DNA from: Candidatus Binataceae bacterium
Lineage (GTDB): Bacteria > Desulfobacterota > Binatia > Binatales > Binataceae
Assembly (NCBI GenBank): GCA_035500975.1
Contig: DATJWT010000024.1
Location: 1 to 51,129, forward strand
Direction of reading: 5' to 3'
Length of the DNA stretch: 51,129 nucleotides
The notes below the pieces were generated by a model. It was not told the DNA's origin. It did not search any database and was given only the letters and a program-made list of their open reading frames with translations. Shown here piece by piece: positions 46,234-51,129 of the stretch. A program made the translations under genes and the position numbers. The stretch's first letter is position 1, and the number at the start of each line of letters is the position of its first letter.

Positions 46234-47303
46234 TGTGCGGTCACCTCGCTCGAAGCGCCGAACGCCAGTGCCAGGCGCGGGAAATCCCGCCCCAGCTCGC
46301 CACGCAGAATTCTTCGCGACTGCTCGATCGTGTGCGGCACGAACGCGAGGTAGCCATGCTTGCCTTTGCGCTCGAACATCAGGAACCGTCCCATCATCTT
46401 GATTGCATGTTGAAGCACGCAGAGCCGGTAGCTCCTGATGAATTCATCCATGCGCAAAGTCGCTGCCGAGCGGCGGGTCAGGCCGGCGTAGTAAAAGTCG
46501 AGCAGCCGCTGCTCCAGGCTCGGTGATATCAGATTCGCCGTGTCTCGGGTGGTCATCAATACCGCGAGGTCCTGTCCCGCGGGCGCCATCAGGGCATCCT
46601 GGAAATCGATCACTCGCAAGCGGACGCCGCCGTTTCCCGGTTGAACGAACAAGTTCTGGCCGTGGAAATCCCGATGGGAAAAAACCCGCGGCAAGCTCCC
46701 CAGTTCCGCCGCCAGCGCATCGAGTTCCGGCGCAAGCGAGCCCGCGTCAGCCCCCAAGTCGGCGCATCCCAGGTCAAGGAATTCCTTGAACTCCCATCGA
46801 AAGAGCTGCGCGTCGTACGCGATTGTCGCGGGCAGAAGATCGGGCAATATCGCTCGCGTTCCCTCGACGTGAAATTGCAGCAGCAACTCCACGGCTGTAC
46901 GAAACAAGTCCGCGGTTTGCGCAGGATCACGCCGTACCGCATCGACCAGTGCGATTTCGCCCACATCCTCGACCATCATCGCGCGATGCTTACGATCGAC
47001 CGCGTACATCGCCGGCACCGAAATTCCCAGCGACACCAGGAACCGATGCACGGTCAGCCAGGGCGGCTCGTTGAGAGGATGCGGCACCAGGTTGAGCGCG
47101 CGTGCGTAGCCCGGAAGATCATCGGGCCCGAGGTCGACGAGAATTGCGGATGCGGCCGAAGGCGCATCGAGGTACAGCCTCCAGAACCTGCGCGTCGAGA
47201 GGTCGCCCCGAAGTGCATCCACCTTGCGGACCTTCGCGCCGGGAAACTTCTGGCCGACCGCGCTGGCCGCCCAATCGAGCAAATCACTATCGCGATCAAG
47301 CAT
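46230..47303 (-). CDS. amgK: aminoglycoside-phosphotransferase-fold kinase, AmgK-like (anomeric MurNAc/GlcNAc kinase), 357 aa
   Basis: APH-fold catalytic loop SHRDFHGQNLFV and IDFQDA. Paired with the murU-like gene. Confidence 0.65.
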   Translation of the reverse strand: MLDRDSDLLDWAASAVGQKFPGAKVRKVDALRGDLSTRRFWRLYLDAPSAASAILVDLGPDDLPGYARALNLVPHPLNEPPWLTVHRFLVSLGISVPAMYAVDRKHRAMMVEDVGEIALVDAVRRDPAQTADLFRTAVELLLQFHVEGTRAILPDLLPATIAYDAQLFRWEFKEFLDLGCADLGADAGSLAPELDALAAELGSLPRVFSHRDFHGQNLFVQPGNGGVRLRVIDFQDALMAPAGQDLAVLMTTRDTANLISPSLEQRLLDFYYAGLTRRSAATLRMDEFIRSYRLCVLQHAIKMMGRFLMFERKGKHGYLAFVPHTIEQSRRILRGELGRDFPRLALAFGASSEVTAQ

Positions 47304-47330
47304 CCGGGCACGATTTTAGCAGACTGGGAG

Positions 47331-47369
47331 AACAAAAAACCGGCGCAGCCGTGGGGACTGCGCCGGTTT
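47331..47369 (-). terminator. rho-independent terminator after the DUF1329-like gene at 47396
   Basis: Perfect 12-bp stem AAACCGGCGCAG (47337-47348) / CTGCGCCGGTTT (47358-47369) with a 9-nt loop. On the minus strand it is followed by TTTTTTGTT. Confidence 0.8.
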
Positions 47370-47395
47370 CGCTCGAAATGCTCTTGGCGGCGCGC

Positions 47396-48688
47396 TTAGC
47401 GCATCGATGCTCTGATCACTGCATCGGGATCAAAGAACGTGCGATCCACCGCGCCCATGTTGATGTACCAGCATTCCTTCTCGGGCACGTCGTAGCCCGG
47501 ATGGTAGCAGACCGTCGAGAGACCCGACTGCACATCGGTCGAGGACGAGCCAGTCTGGAATTCGCGCTTGAACGGATAAATCGCGATGCGGGAATCCGGC
47601 CGCACGCGGTCCGCGTACTTCAACCACGAGGTGTAGTTGATGAACAGCTGACCCTTGCGATCGTACTGATCCTGGTACATTCCGAAATCGGCTTCCGAGT
47701 CGATGTACAGGATGTGCTTGGAGTAGAGGTCGCCGGCCAGGCGGCTTGGCCGCGCGGTGCCCTGCAGAATGTACATGTGGCGCATTTCCCAGTTGGCCGG
47801 GCAGTGGCTCCCGCCGCCATCGGTCGGGCAAGTGGGAGGCGGCGACTGCGGGTCGTTGATCGCGCCCAGCATCTGGCGCTCGCCCAGGTACTTCCAGTCG
47901 TAATTCTCGTTCTTGCCGGCGAAGCATTCGAAATCGTCGGGGCTGTACGATTCCGGTCCGGCGTCCTGCGCCGTGCTCATCAGTGTGTCGTTGAGGCGGC
48001 GCATACGGCGGCTCTGCGGATTGTAGGTCCAGCTATCGTCCGCGCGATTCGGATCCGCATAGCGGTAGCGCAGGAATCCCGAGCCATGCCCGTCCTGCGG
48101 CGCGAGCTGCGGGTACAGTCCCGTCATCGAGTAGCGTCCGGATTTCAGGAAATCCGGATCGATCGGCATCGGTTCGACTTCGGTACGGCCGACTTCGTTG
48201 TATCCGGCATAGTGGCCGACCGAGTAGTACCACAGCACCTTGTAGGGCTTGTTGAGACCGGAATAGACGCTCTCGCAATCGAAGAAGCGGAGATCATAGT
48301 CGTCGGTCGAAACCGGACGGAAGAAATAGTTCCACATGATTTTGTTGGCGACGTCCGGGTCATTTGCATCGAGCAACGGGAACGGCTGTCCCGCCACGTA
48401 GCCAATCAGCGAGCGATGGTCTGGCGTCAGCCGAACCTGGGAAGCATATTTTTCGGTCGCTTCCTTGTACGGTGGCGGCCAATCGATTCGCTCGGTCGGA
48501 ACGATCTTCATCGACATGCCCTGCTGGACACGCCAATAGACTCCCGGCGAGACGAGGTCCTTTACCTTGTAGGCGTTGTCCACCGTGATGTAGTCGCCGG
48601 GCTTCACCTCTGCTCCAGCAGGGATTGCCAGGACGAGTACCCCGATGGTCAGAACCAAACCAACCAGTCTGCTGCGAACTGCACGCAT
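47396..48688 (-). CDS. DUF1329-like secreted protein, 430 aa (tandem paralogue A)
   Basis: GAAGGAGGGG RBS lies before ATG 48688. The signal peptide ends ...IPAGA-EV. Collinear and about 80% identical by eye to the product of 49125..50432. Confidence 0.75.
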   Translation of the reverse strand: MRAVRSRLVGLVLTIGVLVLAIPAGAEVKPGDYITVDNAYKVKDLVSPGVYWRVQQGMSMKIVPTERIDWPPPYKEATEKYASQVRLTPDHRSLIGYVAGQPFPLLDANDPDVANKIMWNYFFRPVSTDDYDLRFFDCESVYSGLNKPYKVLWYYSVGHYAGYNEVGRTEVEPMPIDPDFLKSGRYSMTGLYPQLAPQDGHGSGFLRYRYADPNRADDSWTYNPQSRRMRRLNDTLMSTAQDAGPESYSPDDFECFAGKNENYDWKYLGERQMLGAINDPQSPPPTCPTDGGGSHCPANWEMRHMYILQGTARPSRLAGDLYSKHILYIDSEADFGMYQDQYDRKGQLFINYTSWLKYADRVRPDSRIAIYPFKREFQTGSSSTDVQSGLSTVCYHPGYDVPEKECWYINMGAVDRTFFDPDAVIRASMR

Positions 48689-49064
48689 AAACCTAACCCC
48701 TCCTTCGGCGAATCATTGCCGAGTTCCCCAAGGAATTTATTCAAGTCTCCCTGATTCGAGTGATTAGTCGCACAGATGTTCAAGTGTCAATAAGATTAAT
48801 GCCTAAAACGGTAGAAGATGGGGAATAATGGTCCATACTCTTTGGCTTATTTAGGCGTAGTGACGCTCTGGCTCCGAGCTCGAAATACACTCTCGTAACA
48901 TTCGATAAGCTGTCTGGCCGAAGAAGACAGGCTTATCAAATCGTCTGAACGGTCGGTATGTCGGTCTTGAACGATTGGTATGGGGAGATGGGGGTGCCGC
49001 GGACAAATGCGTAAACCGCACCGGTTGCGGCAGGCTGCCGCTCAAATGCGATCGCTGGAAATGT

Positions 49065-49111
49065 GCCGATGCGCCATGACGCGACCCTTGCGATCGCGTC
49101 ATGGCATCGGC
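49065..49111 (-). terminator. long stem-loop 14 nt downstream of the DUF1329-like gene at 49125 (possible terminator)
   Basis: GCCGATG(cg)CCATGACGCG / CGCGTCATGGCATCGGC forms 17 bp with a 2-nt bulge. On the minus strand it is followed only by a short ACATTTCC, so terminator function is uncertain. Confidence 0.4.
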
Positions 49112-49124
49112 GGCTGGCTGCAAT

Positions 49125-50432
49125 TCAGCGTCGCGACGCGCGCACGAGCGCATCCGGATCGAAGAAGGTGCGATCGACCGCGCCCATGTTGATGTACCAG
49201 CACTCCTTTTCCGGAACGTCGTAGCCCGGATGATACGCGACTGTCGCCAGGCCTGATTGCACGTCGGTGGAGGATGAGCCGGTCTGGAACAGGCGCTTGA
49301 AGGGATAAATGGCGATCTTGGAAGACGGCGTTACGCGATCGGCATACTTCAGGTAGGAAGTGTAGTTGATGAAGAGTTGGCCTTGCCGGTCGTACTGGTC
49401 CTGGTACATCCCGAAATCTGCCTCCGAATCGACGTACAGCACGTGTTTCGAATACAGGTCGCCCGGCAGACGATCATGACGGGCGATACCTTCGAGGATA
49501 TACATGTGCCGCATTTCCCAATTCGTCGGGCAATGACTGCCGCCACCATCGGTCGCGCACCTCGGAGGCGGAACCTGGGGATCGTTAATGCAGCCGAGCA
49601 TCTCCCTCTCTCCCAGGTAGCGCCAGGTGTAATTCTCGTTCTTGCCCGCGAAGCACTCGAAATCATCGGGATTGTATGACTCCGGACCAGCATCCTGGTC
49701 GGTGCTCATGAGCGTGTCATTCAAACGCCGCAGCCGATGTGCCCCGGGAAGATAGGTGTACGCGTCGTCGGCGCGATTGGGGTCGGCGTATCGGTAGCGC
49801 AGGAAACCTGCTCCAGCCCCATCTTGCGGGGCGAGCTGGGGATACAGCGCGGTCATCGAATACCGCCCGGAGTGCAGGAAGTCGGGATCGATCGGCATCG
49901 GCTCGACTTCCGTGCGGCCGACCTCGTTGTACCCGGCGTAGTGTCCGGTTTGGTAGTACCACAGAGATCTGTAGGGCTTGTCCTTGCCCGCATACACGCT
50001 CTCGGCGTCGAAGAACCGCAGGTCGTAATCATCGGTGGAGATTGGCCGAAAGAAATAGTTCCACATTATTTTCGTCGCCACATCGGGATCGTTGGGATCC
50101 ATCAGCGGAAACGGTTGCCCCGCGACGTAACCCACCAGCGATCGGCGATCGGCGCTTAGACGAACCTGGGGCGAGTATTTCTCAGTCGCTTCTTTGTATG
50201 GCGGCGGCCAATCGATTCGTTCGGTCGGCACGATCTTGATCGTCATGCCGTTCTGGATACGCCACATGACCCCGGGGCAGACGAGGTCCTTTACCTTGTA
50301 AGCGTTGTCGCTGGTGATGAAGTCGCCGGGCTTTACCTCGGCCGCTGCTGGCCTTGCGAATGCGAAGATCAGCAGCTCAAGCACGATAAGGAGTTCCACA
50401 AACAGGGTACGAAGTTGCACAGCACGAACCAT
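49125..50432 (-). CDS. DUF1329-like secreted protein, 435 aa (tandem paralogue B)
   Basis: GGGGAGGAAATC lies immediately before ATG 50432. The signal peptide reads MVRAVQLRTLFVELLIVLELLIFAFARPAAA-EV. The track start at 50486 adds an 18-aa Arg-rich extension without an RBS. Confidence 0.75.
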   Translation of the reverse strand: MVRAVQLRTLFVELLIVLELLIFAFARPAAAEVKPGDFITSDNAYKVKDLVCPGVMWRIQNGMTIKIVPTERIDWPPPYKEATEKYSPQVRLSADRRSLVGYVAGQPFPLMDPNDPDVATKIMWNYFFRPISTDDYDLRFFDAESVYAGKDKPYRSLWYYQTGHYAGYNEVGRTEVEPMPIDPDFLHSGRYSMTALYPQLAPQDGAGAGFLRYRYADPNRADDAYTYLPGAHRLRRLNDTLMSTDQDAGPESYNPDDFECFAGKNENYTWRYLGEREMLGCINDPQVPPPRCATDGGGSHCPTNWEMRHMYILEGIARHDRLPGDLYSKHVLYVDSEADFGMYQDQYDRQGQLFINYTSYLKYADRVTPSSKIAIYPFKRLFQTGSSSTDVQSGLATVAYHPGYDVPEKECWYINMGAVDRTFFDPDALVRASRR

Positions 50433-50505
50433 GATTTCCTCCCCTCTGGCTCTCGCGCGGAGCCGGTTTGATGATTTTCTACGCACTCATCGATCGAAGA
50501 CTTTG

Positions 50506-50544
50506 AATTAGTAATATTGATTAAAAAAGTCAATATTACTAATT
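50506..50544. repeat. perfect 15-bp AT-rich inverted repeat AATTAGTAATATTGA-N9-TCAATATTACTAATT
   Basis: Read directly: arms at 50506-50520 and 50530-50544 with spacer TTAAAAAAG. It lies 74-112 bp upstream of ATG 50432 in the divergent gap towards nuoA. It contains TTGATT-N17-TAATTT on the plus strand and TTGACT-N17-TAATTC on the minus strand. Confidence 0.6.
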
Positions 50545-50627
50545 TAATATTTCGACTGGAGTGTAAGTATCTGATTTTACAGGATAAACTTGAATCCGGA
50601 GCTTGATTTACCCATTTTGACGCCGAA

Positions 50628-50655
50628 TTGAACGATCGGTCTGCATAAGTATAAT
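50628..50655 (+). promoter_or_regulatory. sigma70-like promoter candidate for the nuo operon
   Basis: TTGAAC (50628-50633), a 16-nt spacer, then TATAAT (50650-50655), about 195 bp upstream of the nuoA ATG. Confidence 0.3.
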
Positions 50656-50849
50656 AGAACTATACAAATAGATGCTCTAATGTTGGGTAAGCGGAAACGG
50701 CCTGCGCTCCCCTCTTCGAACTCAGTTCCTCGGCAACCACGCGTCGGCGATGGAATCGATTAGGAGTAGGGTTACGTGCTCGATTGGAAAAGTGCGCCGC
50801 CTTCCGATAAAAGTAAGTGCCGAGTGCTCTTGAGCTCGATCAATCCGCA

Positions 50850-51129
50850 ATGACTACATGGCTTCCAATCCTGGTAACCTTCATCGTGGCCGGCGTGATC
50901 ACGGGCGTGATGGTCACCATCAACCAGATTCTCGGCCCGAAACGTCCCGGCAAGATTAAGGGAGAACCGTTTGAATGCGGAAATCCGTCCAGCGGTACCG
51001 CATGGGGACGTTTCTCAGTCCACTTCTATCTCACCGCGCTGCTGTTTCTGGTCTTCGACGTTGAAGTGGTCTTCCTCTATCCGTGGGCGGTGGAATTGCG
51101 GAAGCTCGGGATGTTCGGGTTCGTTGAAG
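50850..51129 (+). CDS. nuoA: NADH-quinone oxidoreductase subunit A, 5' partial (runs off the window end)
   Basis: My own translation from ATG 50850 reads MTTWLPILVTFIVAGVITGVMVTINQILGPKRPGKIKGEPFECGNPSSGTAWGRFSVHFYLTALLFLVFDVEVVFLYPWAVELRKLG. The FECG and FDVEVVFLYPW motifs are present. It is absent from the ORF track because no stop is reached. Confidence 0.9.
   Translation, partial: MTTWLPILVTFIVAGVITGVMVTINQILGPKRPGKIKGEPFECGNPSSGTAWGRFSVHFYLTALLFLVFDVEVVFLYPWAVELRKLGMFGFVE

Noticed and set aside
47102-48754. 550-aa ORF on the plus strand
   Set aside because: It lies antisense to the DUF1329-like gene, which has an RBS, a signal peptide and a conserved paralogue. The ORF is Arg-rich and low in complexity, and it crosses a clear terminator hairpin.
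49048-49097. GCGATCGC palindromes (HIP1-like), here and scattered through the window
   Set aside because: CGATCG-containing octamers are expected often in GC-rich DNA with this codon usage. I saw no evidence of over-representation without counting against a background model.
48851-49153. 100-aa minus-strand ORF in the spacer between the DUF1329-like paralogues
   Set aside because: It starts inside the upstream gene's 3' end, runs through the terminator-like hairpin, has no RBS, and is Arg/Ser/Pro-rich.
1-51129. Search by eye for CRISPR arrays, tRNA/rRNA genes, transposases, integrases, phage genes and toxin-antitoxin or defence systems
   Set aside because: No regularly spaced repeats, no cloverleaf-like sequences in the intergenic gaps, and no recombinase or defence-type ORFs were recognised. 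The window looks like core chromosome. tRNAscan or Rfam would be needed to exclude small RNAs.

Overview
GC-rich (over 60% by eye) chromosomal segment from a diderm (Gram-negative-type) bacterium. It carries about 48 tightly packed protein genes, many joined by ATGA/GTGA/TTGA stop-start overlaps. By eye I found no rRNA, tRNA, CRISPR array, transposase or integrase. Gene blocks in order: (1) cupin, Rieske oxygenase, GH15 hydrolase, SDR and LLM flavin oxidoreductase; (2) a thiol/redox block of GST, a UGA-containing GrdB-family selenoprotein, MAPEG and Tpx; (3) a cobalamin lower-ligand/salvage operon bluB-cbiZ-cbiB-cobD-cobT-cobS followed by a CYTH gene; (4) a minus-strand TetR, Cys-type sulfatase, GST-like, DUF1329-like and polytopic membrane protein string; (5) NUDIX, thiI, VOC, a lipoprotein, GT2 and NUDIX; (6) a family III CoA-transferase abutting a hyuA/hyuB, Zn-ADH and zinc-ribbon string; (7) maf-yggS-proC-yggT-yggU and slt; (8) a HAD, CoA-transferase, CoA-transferase, menA operon and an ABC exporter; (9) amgK-murU; (10) two tandem DUF1329-like paralogues in AT-rich intergenic DNA; (11) the start of nuoA, running off the window end. 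The best-supported non-obvious signal is an in-frame TGA at 7586-7588. It fuses two track ORFs into one U-x-x-C selenoprotein, and a SECIS-like hairpin lies 10 nt downstream. Secondary signals are a 15-bp perfect AT-rich palindrome between the DUF1329-like genes and nuoA, a CXXCH motif in the divergent DUF1329-like paralogue, a Shine-Dalgarno-led 35-codon ORF overlapping the ABC exporter start, and two unusual gene linkages (menA with two CoA-transferases; CYTH with the cob operon). All family calls come from motif recognition by eye, with no searches run. Most long Arg/Pro/Ser-rich ORFs in the track are antisense or upstream-extension artefacts of the high GC content.
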